64,000 bases of DNA from the IMG/VR virus record IMGVR_UViG_3300021959_006010, positions 124,001 to 188,000 of that record; one strand, written 5' to 3'. How positions within the stretch are numbered: position 1 is the stretch's first letter; every line of letters begins with the position of its first letter. The position numbers and the translations under genes were made by a program. Positions 19,501-29,667 of the stretch are shown in pieces. Under the pieces are notes generated by a model. That model made no database searches. It had not been told where the DNA came from and saw only the letters and a program-made list of their open reading frames with translations.

Positions 19501-22500
19501 TTTTGGTAATACTGCAAGTGTTGTTCCGACAATTAGCAATGTAAGCGGTAATACTATTACTTTTGCTTCAGCACACGGTTTCCAATCAGGCGAAGAAGTT
19601 GAATATAATTCAAACGGCAATGTAGAAATTGTAGGTCTACTAAACGAAATGACTTACTTTGTAAGTGTTCCAAACACTACTCAAATACAAATTTTTAATG
19701 ATGCCGATTTTACTAAACCAGTAGTAGATTTAGATGCATCGCCTACAAGTGGTACACACGAGTTTAAGTCAGGGTATGAAGAATTTTATGTAACTGAAGT
19801 CGTTAGTTCGCATAATATCTACCAAACACTTACAATACCTGCCGGAACTTACACAATCACACCAGGTGATACTATCCAAGCAACTGATGGCGCTGATACA
19901 ATTAGTGCAACTATTTACAGCTACGACTCAGGTACTAACGAGCTAGTAGTAAGTGTTGAACTTGTACAAAGTGGACAAACAACAGTAAGAAATGAGTTTA
20001 CAACTAACAGTGTTATTGATGCAGGCGAAATAGCAGGCGGTACAGTAAATGTTCTTGGCGTAGCAAACAGAAGAGATTTGTATAGTTCAGAAGTTGCTAT
20101 TATTAGTACAGAAAACAGACCAATGCAAACTATCGGTAGTACTGCGTTTAATCAAATTTACTTACATAGACCTTCGATTGTTAACAGTTCTGCACACACA
20201 TGGGAATATGCAGGTTCAGGTACAGACTATAATGCTCTACCACAGAACGGCGGACAAACAGTTGAGTACTTTGAACAAGTAAGTACACTTCCGGGTCGTG
20301 TTTATACATCAGGTACTAACGAACTTGGCGACTTTAAAGTTGGTGATTTTGTTAGAGCGTTTAACAGAACAGGCAACATTAACTTTAAAAACAAAGTTAG
20401 TATTGGTGAGCTTGACTCACTTGCATTAAGTCTAAGTTCTGGTGTTGTAGTTGACGAAATTTCAACTGATATTGATTTAGGTGACAACGAAATTGGCGGA
20501 CCGCAGCATAGTAGACTTGTTACTCAGCTAGCTGCAAGAAGCTTTATTGACAACAGACTTGGTAACTTTATCGACCAAAACTTGTCAACCAATGCTGTGC
20601 CAAATGCTGTTGTTCAATTAAACGGACAAGGTCAAATTAATGCGGAACTTATTCCTCCGTCAAGTGGTACAAGTGCATTTAGACTAGACGAATATAATGC
20701 ACGTTTAGAACTCCACGAAGATATTCCAAGCAACGATCTAAAATCAGGCGACATTGTAATTGAAGAATATCAAGAGACAGTTATTAACTTAACTGGTAAT
20801 GTTACTGTTGTTGCAGGCGAAACTGTAACACAAGCAAATAGCGCCGCAACTGGTACTGTTAAAACAAGTGTAACAAATGGTTCTACTATTAGAGTAATTG
20901 CTCCATTTAGTGGTACATTTAATCTAACAGACGAACTTACAGGGTCAACTAGTGGAGCATTAGGTGCTAATAGTGTCCCAACTGTTGTAAGCGGACCTAA
21001 CGATGTAACAGACAACTATTTCTTAGCAACTGCAAATGCAAGTCAGTTCTTAGTATTAGATCCAGCTGACACATATGACTTTACTGATATAATTGCAAAC
21101 TCAACACCTGTTACAGGAGCACTAACAGGCGCAACAGGTACTGCTACAGAACACAGAACAGGTGTTGTTACAAGTGTTGATGTAAATAACTTACTTGCAG
21201 GTTCAGGATATTTAACCCCTGGTGCATACAATGACGTAGCTCTTACAAGTGTTACAGGCACAGGTACAGGCGCTCTAGCAGATATTGTTGTAAATGGCGC
21301 AGGTCAGGTTGACAGTATTGATATTACATTTGGCGGTAGTGGTTATGCTGTAGGAGACGAACTAAGTGCAGCCGATAACGACATAGGTGGCCAAGGCGGT
21401 GGCGGCACTGACTTTAGTGTAGATGTATTAAGCATTGAAAATAGATTGTATATTGATCTAGAACCTACTATTGGTATACAGTTTAATGCATCTGATATTA
21501 ATGTAGAATTTACAGTTGACGATAATGCTACTGATTTTACTATTAACCAAACTGCAGAAACAAACTTCGGATTTGATGCTGCTGATGTTGGAGTTGGAGG
21601 CGATGTAACTTACTCAAACAGTAGAATTACACTAACAGCACACGGCATGGCAGACGGTGATCCTGTACGTTATGATTCCGGCGCCAATCCAACAATAGGA
21701 AGTTTAACAAACGGCGATACATATTTTGTTAAAGTTATTGACGCAGACACTATCGAACTTTATACTAATTACGGCTTAAACAGCAAAGTTACATTTATTA
21801 GTTCAAGCACAGGGTCGCATCAATTAAAAATTGATTTTGTTAACTTAACTGACGAATTTTTCTATGCTCCTGCACACGGACTAACAGCAGGACAAGCAAT
21901 TCAATTTAATGCTACAACACCTGTAGTAGGTATTACAGACGGCGATTATCTGTTTGCAGGTAGTATTACTACAAATGCATTTACATTACACAGTGCAAGA
22001 GGTAGCGCATTAGATAGTGTAAACGGTATTACTGTAAATCCAGTAAATTTAACTGCTGACGGTAGTGGTAATGCAACAATTACTATTCAAAATGTTGAGA
22101 TAGTAGGCGAAGTTAACACTAGCGGAAAAGAAGAAAGCAGCTGGAGTAATCTAAGTGCGACAACAATCGATGCTGAAGATATTGTAAGTGGTATTGTTAG
22201 CACATCAAGATTGGCAACAGGTAGTGCAAATAACTTAACAGTCCTACGAGGAGACTCGACTTGGAGTTTTGCTGTACAAGGTATGGTTCCAGAGTTTCCT
22301 GTTACACTAACAGGTCAATCTTATAATGATGGTGTTAAAGATGTTTACTACAACGAAGTAGAAGTAAGTGTAGAACTAGCAAACTATGATAATCCTGTTG
22401 CACCAAGTGCAGGAACAGAAACTGTAGGTGTTGCAGCATTTGATTTTAACCACTTTAACATTGACGCAAATGGACTAGTAACAACTAAAACACCTGCTAA

Positions 22501-24970
22501 CGGCGGCGTGATTGATGCTGACAAACTAGACGGTCAACAAGGAAGTTACTATCTAAATCCAGTCAATTTGTCAAGAGCTGTTCCTATAGAAAACGGTGGT
22601 ACAAATTTAAGCAGTTATACACAAGGCGATCTACTATATGCAGCAACTAACATAGGTACTGGATCATTTACCGAAACCCTAAGTACACTAGCAATAGGTG
22701 CTGCAAATAGTGTACTACAAAGCAACGGAACAGTACCTACTTGGACTGATACACTAACACTTGCAGACTTAACTGTAGGCAACATTCAAGTTGCTGTAAC
22801 AGGTGACAACGAAATTGATACAACTAGTGGTAACTTAACACTTGATTCAGCTGGCGGTACTGTTGAGATTGATGATAACCTTACTGTTGCTGGAAACTTA
22901 ACAGTTAATGGTACAACAACGACTGTTAATAGTACAACTGTAACAATAGATGATCCGATCTTTACACTAGGCGGTGACACAGTACCTACTACTGATGATA
23001 ATAAAGACCGCGGTATTGAGTTTAGATGGTATGATACTCCTACAACAACTGCAAAGGTTGGTTTCTTTGGATTTGATGATAGCACTGGCAAATTTACATT
23101 TATTCCAGATGCAACAAACACAAATGAAGTGTTTAGTGGTACAGCAGGCGATGTAGCATTCAACGACGGTGCATTTACTAGTATTACATCAGGCAGCATA
23201 ACTGTTACCGGTGATACATCACTAGAAGGAAATGTTACACTAGGCAATGCAGCAGCAGATAGAATTACATTTACTGGTCAAATTGCTACAGATCTTGTGT
23301 TCCAAGGTGCAACCGATGACACATTTACAACAACATTAGCAATTACAGATCCAACTACACCAAGTAACACAATTACATTCCCAGATGCAAGTGGTACCGT
23401 TGCAGTAAGTGTAACTGATACCACAACAACTACACAAGGTGATTTAAATTTAGACTTTACCTTAAGTGCTGCCGGTAATGTAAGTGCAACAGGCGATGCA
23501 CACGGACTAGCAACAGGTGATAGTCCAACATTCGCTGGTTTAACAATCAATGGCTCAAGTGTAGTATTTGAAGGTGCAACTGCTAACGACTTCGAAACAA
23601 CTCTAACAGTTACAGATCCAACTGCTGACAGAACTATCACGTTCCCAAATGCAGATGGTACAGTAGTTGTAAGTGCTGGTACTAGTGCTACACAAAGCGG
23701 ATTAGATTTATCCATAAGTGCAGCAGGTCAAATCAGTGGTAGTGCCGAAGGACTTGCTGCAACAGATAGTCCAACATTTGCAGGATTGACTATTAACGGT
23801 AATACTATTGTACTCGAAGGTGCAACAGAAGATGCATTTGAGACTACACTTAACGTAGTTGATCCAACAGCAACGAGAACTATTAACATACCAAACAATA
23901 GCGGTACAATGGCTGTTGCTGTAGACAACACTACAACAACTACACAAGGTGATCTAAACGTTACTATGGGTCTAAGTGCTACCGGTGTAGTAACAGCAAG
24001 CGGTGACGCACATGGACTAGCAACAGGTGATAGTCCAACATTTGCCGGATTAACAATTAATGGTTCGAACATAGTATTCGAAGGTGCTACTGCAAATGCA
24101 TTCGAAACATCGTTTGTAATTACAGATCCTACAGCAGACAGAACTATTACTTTCCCAGATAGTAGTGGTACTGTTGCATTTATTAGCGGTAGTGACATTT
24201 TAACTATTAATGCAAACTCAGGTACTAGTACACTACAATCAGGTGACACACTAACTATCACAGGCGGAACATATTTAACTGCTGGTGTATCCGGCGACAC
24301 AGTAACTATAAATCATGATAACACTACTAGAACAGATACAACAAGTACCGATGCTCCGTCACATGGTGGTACCTTTGAAGCAGTTACAAGTGTTACAACA
24401 AATGCAACAGGTCATGTAACAGCTATTGATGTTTCTACTATTACAATACCAGCAGAAGCAGACACATTGAGTAGTGTTCTTGGTAGAGGAAATACTGCTA
24501 ATACAAACATACTTCCTGACTCAACAGCTAACAATCGAAACATCGGTAGTGCAACTGCTATTTGGAATACTGTATACGCTACAACATTTGATGGTACTGC
24601 AACACAAGCACAATACGCTGACTTAGCAGAAAAATATCTAGCAGATGACATCTATGGTCCAGGTACTGTAATAGCAGTTGGCGGCGATGCAGAAGTAACA
24701 GCAGCGCACGACGAAATTGCACACAGCGTACTAGGTGTTGTAAGTACTGCTCCTGCGTTCTTAATGAACAAGGATTTAGTAGATGGCACTGCAATTGCAC
24801 TTAAAGGTCGTGTACCAGTTAAGTGCATAGGTACTGTACGCAAAGGTGACAGACTAGCACCAAGCCACTTTGCAGGTTATGCTACTGTCGACAACAGTCG
24901 TACAGCGTGGAGTTTTGCTATTGCACTTGAAGATGGAGAAGATGGTTTAGTAGAAGCAATTATTCTTTAA
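16574..24970 (+). CDS. Giant tail-fibre/appendage protein: beta-helix, fibre repeats, C-terminal peptidase-G2-type chaperone
   Basis: 2798 aa; IMVASGDYVEQNPILLGDDISIVGDNLRRTVIRP; PYIQNCSVISF; C-term QYADLAEKY...IALKGRVPVKCIG. Confidence 0.75.
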   Translation: MATEAVWYDIFRNLTLKVKSDGSTIDTIVADEYKDTLTINQGLGVAFNPSAAGDEFDIDVDYQLYVPVGTTTVRLQDVNSNTRDVKLTPGSGVFISRLADDELAFTSYGVAENDNLHTVTKRGAITTNKLIINDLEIGDITSTPGVDGFSVLGVEFQGDGTLDNPARLLPAYVGITDPTYTKTYEFSVGAAGIFGYSASYLPPLNLTTGSIVLEREDPLNPGVWAPIAQQSGTTAGVTYQLSNTYAESYTGGTVNYRITVSWTGNTSQVRVDLNLTYEVYDVATNVLLETDTANNRVFLSGNVGIDEANPLVSLVINRTDAIALPKGITAEQPTGADGYIRYNTQTNKFEGFSNGFWNELGSVSDVDLDTYITAELNPGTDDDTLYFYNAFANSLSLSSTLLDVKNDVLVRINNTTDSTNSTTGALIVDGGASIKKNLTVGSSNTNTVTFNSRVASSFVPEVTATHALGEDALRWSELFVSDAVNVNDYTLPLADGTVNQIVQTDAQGQLFFGDADTFGGNRVYVSAAKGDDANDGITAPVATIARAARIAADLAYSPETTDPTTESETAALRAAAQSIADDTITYVNTTYPTLIYDQAKCNRDVKEIIDSAIYDLRFGGNSRSVAAGEYYYDGTGTLYITGQVSETIDAINYAKSLAITYLTGTRATAIGASFDTVTSIITSLGNAPAKTYGDFITNQITIMVASGDYVEQNPILLGDDISIVGDNLRRTVIRPANENLDMFRVRNSSYITGVVFRDGLVNRIPDYTFRYAISFDNVVDTATSRAGYVNLPVSRPRIFTSPYIQNCSVISFLGGNGVEIDGNLIDTPNIPNSDIEAENPIDLADGVPEQGKSMVANAFTILSFGGVAWRVMNEAYAQIVSCFVIFTGNGCIAQNGGYLSITNSASNFGLFALRASGYSPNAFEFDRGIISGNGIYEVYQTLKFVGLQRAPLEHFIVRVRNNSNIDITDNFNNNSTFGNTASVVPTISNVSGNTITFASAHGFQSGEEVEYNSNGNVEIVGLLNEMTYFVSVPNTTQIQIFNDADFTKPVVDLDASPTSGTHEFKSGYEEFYVTEVVSSHNIYQTLTIPAGTYTITPGDTIQATDGADTISATIYSYDSGTNELVVSVELVQSGQTTVRNEFTTNSVIDAGEIAGGTVNVLGVANRRDLYSSEVAIISTENRPMQTIGSTAFNQIYLHRPSIVNSSAHTWEYAGSGTDYNALPQNGGQTVEYFEQVSTLPGRVYTSGTNELGDFKVGDFVRAFNRTGNINFKNKVSIGELDSLALSLSSGVVVDEISTDIDLGDNEIGGPQHSRLVTQLAARSFIDNRLGNFIDQNLSTNAVPNAVVQLNGQGQINAELIPPSSGTSAFRLDEYNARLELHEDIPSNDLKSGDIVIEEYQETVINLTGNVTVVAGETVTQANSAATGTVKTSVTNGSTIRVIAPFSGTFNLTDELTGSTSGALGANSVPTVVSGPNDVTDNYFLATANASQFLVLDPADTYDFTDIIANSTPVTGALTGATGTATEHRTGVVTSVDVNNLLAGSGYLTPGAYNDVALTSVTGTGTGALADIVVNGAGQVDSIDITFGGSGYAVGDELSAADNDIGGQGGGGTDFSVDVLSIENRLYIDLEPTIGIQFNASDINVEFTVDDNATDFTINQTAETNFGFDAADVGVGGDVTYSNSRITLTAHGMADGDPVRYDSGANPTIGSLTNGDTYFVKVIDADTIELYTNYGLNSKVTFISSSTGSHQLKIDFVNLTDEFFYAPAHGLTAGQAIQFNATTPVVGITDGDYLFAGSITTNAFTLHSARGSALDSVNGITVNPVNLTADGSGNATITIQNVEIVGEVNTSGKEESSWSNLSATTIDAEDIVSGIVSTSRLATGSANNLTVLRGDSTWSFAVQGMVPEFPVTLTGQSYNDGVKDVYYNEVEVSVELANYDNPVAPSAGTETVGVAAFDFNHFNIDANGLVTTKTPANGGVIDADKLDGQQGSYYLNPVNLSRAVPIENGGTNLSSYTQGDLLYAATNIGTGSFTETLSTLAIGAANSVLQSNGTVPTWTDTLTLADLTVGNIQVAVTGDNEIDTTSGNLTLDSAGGTVEIDDNLTVAGNLTVNGTTTTVNSTTVTIDDPIFTLGGDTVPTTDDNKDRGIEFRWYDTPTTTAKVGFFGFDDSTGKFTFIPDATNTNEVFSGTAGDVAFNDGAFTSITSGSITVTGDTSLEGNVTLGNAAADRITFTGQIATDLVFQGATDDTFTTTLAITDPTTPSNTITFPDASGTVAVSVTDTTTTTQGDLNLDFTLSAAGNVSATGDAHGLATGDSPTFAGLTINGSSVVFEGATANDFETTLTVTDPTADRTITFPNADGTVVVSAGTSATQSGLDLSISAAGQISGSAEGLAATDSPTFAGLTINGNTIVLEGATEDAFETTLNVVDPTATRTINIPNNSGTMAVAVDNTTTTTQGDLNVTMGLSATGVVTASGDAHGLATGDSPTFAGLTINGSNIVFEGATANAFETSFVITDPTADRTITFPDSSGTVAFISGSDILTINANSGTSTLQSGDTLTITGGTYLTAGVSGDTVTINHDNTTRTDTTSTDAPSHGGTFEAVTSVTTNATGHVTAIDVSTITIPAEADTLSSVLGRGNTANTNILPDSTANNRNIGSATAIWNTVYATTFDGTATQAQYADLAEKYLADDIYGPGTVIAVGGDAEVTAAHDEIAHSVLGVVSTAPAFLMNKDLVDGTAIALKGRVPVKCIGTVRKGDRLAPSHFAGYATVDNSRTAWSFAIALEDGEDGLVEAIIL
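23295..24175 (+). repeat. About 3.5 tandem copies of an ~85 aa unit in the fibre
   Basis: FEGAT..FETTL..TDPTADRTITFP..SGTV...GLAT.DSPTFAGLTING recurs in A-B-A-B order; DNA ggactagcaacaggtgatagtccaacatt repeated. Confidence 0.85.
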
Positions 24971-25268
24971 GATCTTGTTTAACAGATTTTAAAATTTCTC
25001 TTAGGTCGTCTATTAAAACTATGGAGTGCGAATAAAGATTTATGAGAGACTGTACTTTTCTCATAATCCAATACCACCAAAATGCAGCTATTCCTGAAAA
25101 TAAACCTGTAACTAATATTGATAATTTGTGGTGAGTTTCAGACGTACCAAACCAATATGCTGCCAGCAGAGTTATTACACCAATTATAGGTATTACACGG
25201 GCTGCACAATGCCAGGCATCGAATTCTTGTTCTATTTTTTTTAATTTTCGCTGTTTTTCGAGATCCAT
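24960..25268 (-). CDS. Two-TM membrane protein
   Basis: 102 aa with two hydrophobic segments; TAAATA upstream. Confidence 0.6.
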   Translation of the reverse strand: MDLEKQRKLKKIEQEFDAWHCAARVIPIIGVITLLAAYWFGTSETHHKLSILVTGLFSGIAAFWWYWIMRKVQSLINLYSHSIVLIDDLREILKSVKQDLKE

Positions 25269-25307
25269 AGTAATATTTAATATCTATACATTAGTTATTA
25301 TATACTA

Positions 25308-26432
25308 TTACTTTGATATTAGTCCAAAAGATTTCCATTCGCCCGGGCTTCCAGAACGAGTGCATACCCAACCCATATAGCCGCCTGCTGTAGGATTAGA
25401 ATTCCATACTGTATCACCTTGACGATATGTTCCTGCTGTTGGAGCTCTTTCAGCTACTTCAAATTTCTTTTCTTGAAATCTTACTGGACCAGCTACTGTT
25501 AAGTCTGCATCATCTGCAAAGTTCCTAACCCCAATTCCAACACGTCTTTCGAAACTTGTTTTGCCTGAAACTACTACGTTTCCGCTCGAACTAATAGATA
25601 TTCTAGGAGTATCATCAGTTATAATATCAAGACCTGATGCTGTCCAAGTACCTGCTTTAACACTAGAAGCGTCGGGATCTATTACAAATTCTGAATTTAA
25701 TCCTTTTACACTAACAATGGCATTAGGAGTATCAGTACCTATACCCAAACGCATTGTTCCGCTGTCCCAGAATATAAATTCGTCTACTGTAAGGTTACCT
25801 GAAGTGTGTAAATCTTGTAGTGTACCTACTTTTACTAAACGACTTTCTCTAACACTTTCGCCTATTTTAGTTTTTGATAATACAGGCCTGCCGTCAATAA
25901 AGTACGCACCTTCTCCGTGTAAATCTAAACTTTCAGTACTCCATAATCTATCTGGATTTGCTTTTAAAACAAATTGTCTAGTATGACCCGATCCTATCCA
26001 AAGAAGTCCTTTTCCGTGTATTCCATTATTAGCAGCTAAAAATTCTAAACTACTTGAACGCTCAAAACGTGTGTCTTGAGTTATATGTTCAACATGTAAT
26101 TGTTCTGCCGAAATTTTACCTTTTACTGTTAGATTACCATCAACTGATGTATCTCCAACTAGTGTTTCTACATCAATTTTGTCTGTTAGTAGACCCTCGT
26201 CGTTGACCAAAACAACTAATCTGCTGCTTTTATCTTTTATTCCAACACTTTCAAAATTAGTAATTCTGCCGCCGTTAATTTTGTCGCCGGAAATACTACG
26301 ATTTGCAACTGCTTTAGGATCAAAAGGTTGAGAAGCATTTGCTGCTTCTAATAACTCGTTTAAAAGAGGTCCTACGTGTGCAAAACCCTCTTTTATAATA
26401 TCTACTTTAGCTGGATCTATTTTACTGTTCAT
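25308..26432 (-). CDS. Hypothetical, probably late/virion protein
   Basis: 374 aa; RLGIGT and RVGIG fibre-like motifs; ATAAATA upstream. Confidence 0.55.
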   Translation of the reverse strand: MNSKIDPAKVDIIKEGFAHVGPLLNELLEAANASQPFDPKAVANRSISGDKINGGRITNFESVGIKDKSSRLVVLVNDEGLLTDKIDVETLVGDTSVDGNLTVKGKISAEQLHVEHITQDTRFERSSSLEFLAANNGIHGKGLLWIGSGHTRQFVLKANPDRLWSTESLDLHGEGAYFIDGRPVLSKTKIGESVRESRLVKVGTLQDLHTSGNLTVDEFIFWDSGTMRLGIGTDTPNAIVSVKGLNSEFVIDPDASSVKAGTWTASGLDIITDDTPRISISSSGNVVVSGKTSFERRVGIGVRNFADDADLTVAGPVRFQEKKFEVAERAPTAGTYRQGDTVWNSNPTAGGYMGWVCTRSGSPGEWKSFGLISK

Positions 26433-26449
26433 AACAATATTTATCTGTA

Positions 26450-27775
26450 TTAAAGAGAAATATTATTTAAGTCCTCTAGTAAAATAGTTTCAAACGTCTT
26501 TTTGCTGTATTCTTTAATCTCTGCTTTTAGTTCTTTTGCTTTTGCATTTAGCTTTTTAATTTCTTCTGTAGTCAAACTACGCATCGGTAATCCTAAGAAC
26601 CCTTTAACACGATCTTTTAGTATTGCATCATACGCTTCGCCTTGAGCAATCACATCTGCTTCTTTAGCGTTACGTAATTCAATTGCTTCTTCTACTACAC
26701 CTTGGATAAACTTAGCACGGGCATTTGTATAATCCATTTCTTCTTGCATACTTGCAAGTAGGTATTGCTTGCGCAGATTGTTATATTCAATACGTTTAGT
26801 ATACCACGCTTCTAGTAGTTCTTTTATATTATTAAAAATAACAATTTTGTTGTTTTCGTCAATACAAGTATAATTTTCGGTTACTTTCTTAATTAATTTG
26901 AGTTTGGTCATAATCCATTCGTCTGTACGCTCGCCAAACGCACGATCTACTTGAATTTCAAATTCAAACTCGTCATTATCTGAAAAGTCTTCGTAGTCTT
27001 TGATTACTTTATCTTCTACTAGTTTTTCAAGTACGCTCTGATACTGCTTGAGTGTGTAACCCACAGGCAGTGCATCGATAGTAATACGATGTTTAGTTTT
27101 GCGTGTAAACGATCCGTGTATTTCCCACTGTCCTTCGCTTTCGCCTTTTACAACAGTACACTTCATACCTTGCCAGTATGGTGTTAGTCGAGCAGTAATC
27201 TTAGCACCTTCTGCACGTTGTTGTACCCACTTGACAATCTGTGCAGGATCACGTGGTAGAATCTTTTGTGCGTAACCAATTGATACACCGTCCGAGCCGT
27301 TAATTGCAAGCACAGGCAGTGTAGGCACATAGTAGCGTGGCTCAATCTTTGCACCTTCGAAGTTCTGATGTTCAAGGTTTACAAAGTCGTCCTTAACAAA
27401 CAACTGTTTAAGGATTGGATTCATACGAGCAAAAATGTAACGTGTTGCTGCCGCTTCGTTAATAAATGCACTACCAAAGTTACCATCGCCTTCTAGCAAG
27501 GGCACGTTGTTGCCACTACCTACATAGTCAGCAGTCATATTAACAATAGTGCCTTCTAGGCTACCGTGCAAGTATTGTGCATAGTCTTGTACCTTAGGAC
27601 CTAGATTGCTTACTTTAACAAACTTGTCAATGTTTTGCTGTAGTACAGTGTGTACAATCTTACGACTTGCGTTCTTTTGTCCGTCGATGTAACTAGACAG
27701 TTTACGCACATTGTCGTATACTGAAAAGTCAATGTATTCTTCTTTGAAGAAATCTTCTAGTTTGAGTTCTGCCAT
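26450..27775 (-). CDS. Type IIA DNA topoisomerase, breakage-reunion subunit (T4 gp52-like)
   Basis: DGQKNASRK, YLHGSL, GNFGS...AAATRY (catalytic Tyr), NGSDGVSIGY. Confidence 0.92.
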   Translation of the reverse strand: MAELKLEDFFKEEYIDFSVYDNVRKLSSYIDGQKNASRKIVHTVLQQNIDKFVKVSNLGPKVQDYAQYLHGSLEGTIVNMTADYVGSGNNVPLLEGDGNFGSAFINEAAATRYIFARMNPILKQLFVKDDFVNLEHQNFEGAKIEPRYYVPTLPVLAINGSDGVSIGYAQKILPRDPAQIVKWVQQRAEGAKITARLTPYWQGMKCTVVKGESEGQWEIHGSFTRKTKHRITIDALPVGYTLKQYQSVLEKLVEDKVIKDYEDFSDNDEFEFEIQVDRAFGERTDEWIMTKLKLIKKVTENYTCIDENNKIVIFNNIKELLEAWYTKRIEYNNLRKQYLLASMQEEMDYTNARAKFIQGVVEEAIELRNAKEADVIAQGEAYDAILKDRVKGFLGLPMRSLTTEEIKKLNAKAKELKAEIKEYSKKTFETILLEDLNNISL

Positions 27776-27776
27776 G

Positions 27777-29567
27777 TTACACCTTCATAATATCAAATGG
27801 AGCAGCCTGTAGGATTTGCTCTTTACGATAATCAATTGTACTACCACTAAACCAGTTTGTAAAGAGATCAGTGTCATCAATATTCACAGTTGGCAACATT
27901 TCATCCATTGTATCTTGATCAATAATATGTTTTAGATCCTTTTCACTCCAAGAACCAAGTCCTTTTACATAACTTACATCTAGTTTGTGATCAATTTTAT
28001 TTACATCAGCGAATGTATAAGCCCACTCTTTAACTATATTATTCTTCTTGCCGATAGCAATAGGTGTGCGCAGTATCTTTAACTTACCATTGTTTAAATG
28101 CTCAGGGAAGTACTTGTACATAAACAGCGCAACCAATCCGCGGATACGACTTCCATCTGCGTCAGCATCAGTAGCAATACAAATCTCAGCATCTGGGAAT
28201 GTAGTAATAATTGAATACAGTTCGCTCAGTTCTTTGTTCGCCATAAACTTTTGATGCGATACTTCTAGCACGTTTAGTGGAACACCTTTTAGTGCATAAA
28301 ATGCATTACCTTTGCGTCCAAGACATTTAATCAAACCACCACTTGCTGAATCACCTTCTACAACAAAGATACGGTCTGTTCTGTGTCCAATGGCAGCAAA
28401 GTATTTGTCGCTTTTAACTTTCTTTTTCTTTTCAAGTTTACCTAGTTCTTTCTTAGCCGCTAGGTCTTCTTGCATTTTAGTGTAAGCACAAATTTCGTTA
28501 ATCAAGTCATCATTTTTCATTAACTTGTTAACAATTTTCTTAGCGTCAATCTCACCAATTGCTTCGCGACATTCAGCGGCAGAATTTGTTACACGTTCTT
28601 TGGTTTGACTGTCAAATTTTAGTGCAGGAAAGCCGTTGATAATAGCGTGTACTCGCAAGTGCTGTTTCAAACGAGCAGGAGTAATATCCACCTTCTTGCG
28701 TCTTTTTAATGTATCACGGAACTCTGGAATCACAACACTTAAGAAGTGATCGATGTGAGTACCACCTTTTACACTTAGTCCGTTTACTAGTGAGTGCGAC
28801 TGATGCGAGCCGTCTGACTTAGTAATACCAAATGTTGCTTTTTCACTTGGAAAGATATCACACTCGCCAAAGTATTCGTTAAACTTAAGGCGCACAATCT
28901 TTTTGTTAAAACGAAAGCGAATCGTATCAAATGCTAGTGCAAGCGAACGAACACGTTCTTCTATCATTTGGATGTGCGCTTCGTCGATGTTCTCTAGCCC
29001 AAAAAACTCATAGTCCGGAAGGAACTTAACTGTAGTACCTTTGAGTGCAGTTTCTTTCGTCTTTACACTTTTGATCTGCTCATCTGCTCCGCGGAGATGT
29101 ACTTGCAATTTGCCGTCGCCGCTCTTTGCTTCAAACTTCTTTGAAGTTACAAATGTAATCATAGAGCCTACGCCGTTCATACCAATTGACTCACGGTTAG
29201 TGTCGTCAAAGTTTGAACCTGCTCTTGCTCTTGTAAATGCTGAAACCATTTGATACTCTTTGCCGTCTGGAGTATCAATTTCAACTGCTGGAATACCGCG
29301 ACCGTTGTCGCTTACTATAATAGTGCCATCTGGGTCAATATCTACATCAATGCGTGTAGCAAACTTGCGATCAGTTCTAACGTGTTCGTCTACTGAGTTG
29401 TCAATAATCTCGTTGATTACTTTTAGCAAGCCACCTACGATATTGACCTTTTTGAATTCTGTGTTTAGAAACGCTTCTTCTTGTTGTACAACTTGTGATC
29501 CCCCGTACATAGAAAAGCGTTTGCGAATGTGTTCTGCATCCGATAGTAGTTTAAAATTGTCAGTCAT
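27777..29567 (-). CDS. Type IIA DNA topoisomerase, ATPase/TOPRIM subunit (fused gp39+gp60-like)
   Basis: EIIDNSVDE, DNGRGIP, GMNGVG, EGDSA, LKG, TDADADG, YVKGLGS. Confidence 0.92.
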   Translation of the reverse strand: MTDNFKLLSDAEHIRKRFSMYGGSQVVQQEEAFLNTEFKKVNIVGGLLKVINEIIDNSVDEHVRTDRKFATRIDVDIDPDGTIIVSDNGRGIPAVEIDTPDGKEYQMVSAFTRARAGSNFDDTNRESIGMNGVGSMITFVTSKKFEAKSGDGKLQVHLRGADEQIKSVKTKETALKGTTVKFLPDYEFFGLENIDEAHIQMIEERVRSLALAFDTIRFRFNKKIVRLKFNEYFGECDIFPSEKATFGITKSDGSHQSHSLVNGLSVKGGTHIDHFLSVVIPEFRDTLKRRKKVDITPARLKQHLRVHAIINGFPALKFDSQTKERVTNSAAECREAIGEIDAKKIVNKLMKNDDLINEICAYTKMQEDLAAKKELGKLEKKKKVKSDKYFAAIGHRTDRIFVVEGDSASGGLIKCLGRKGNAFYALKGVPLNVLEVSHQKFMANKELSELYSIITTFPDAEICIATDADADGSRIRGLVALFMYKYFPEHLNNGKLKILRTPIAIGKKNNIVKEWAYTFADVNKIDHKLDVSYVKGLGSWSEKDLKHIIDQDTMDEMLPTVNIDDTDLFTNWFSGSTIDYRKEQILQAAPFDIMKV

Positions 29568-29596
29568 ATATTTCTCTTGTTTTGTTTTATGCGTAT

Positions 29597-29625
29597 ATTA
29601 TATAGCCAAAAGAAGATTTTTTCAA
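29597..29625 (-). promoter_or_regulatory. Sigma70-type promoter for the topoisomerase genes
   Basis: TTGAAA-17-TATAAT. Confidence 0.75.
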
Positions 29626-29667
29626 CCTTCTTTTTCTAAATTCCAAACGCAACGAACAGATTCTTGC

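Noticed and set aside
23295-24175. DGR template/variable repeat pair in the fibre gene
   Set aside because: Differences are not adenine-specific, copies are in frame within one ORF, and no reverse transcriptase is present
4960-24645. 76 nt inverted homology between the two fibre genes (about 4960-5035 and 24566-24641) as a possible invertible tail switch
   Set aside because: Nine mismatches, at codon third positions, fit protein-level conservation of the cleavage region; no recombinase in the window and a swap would exchange little more than the cleaved chaperones
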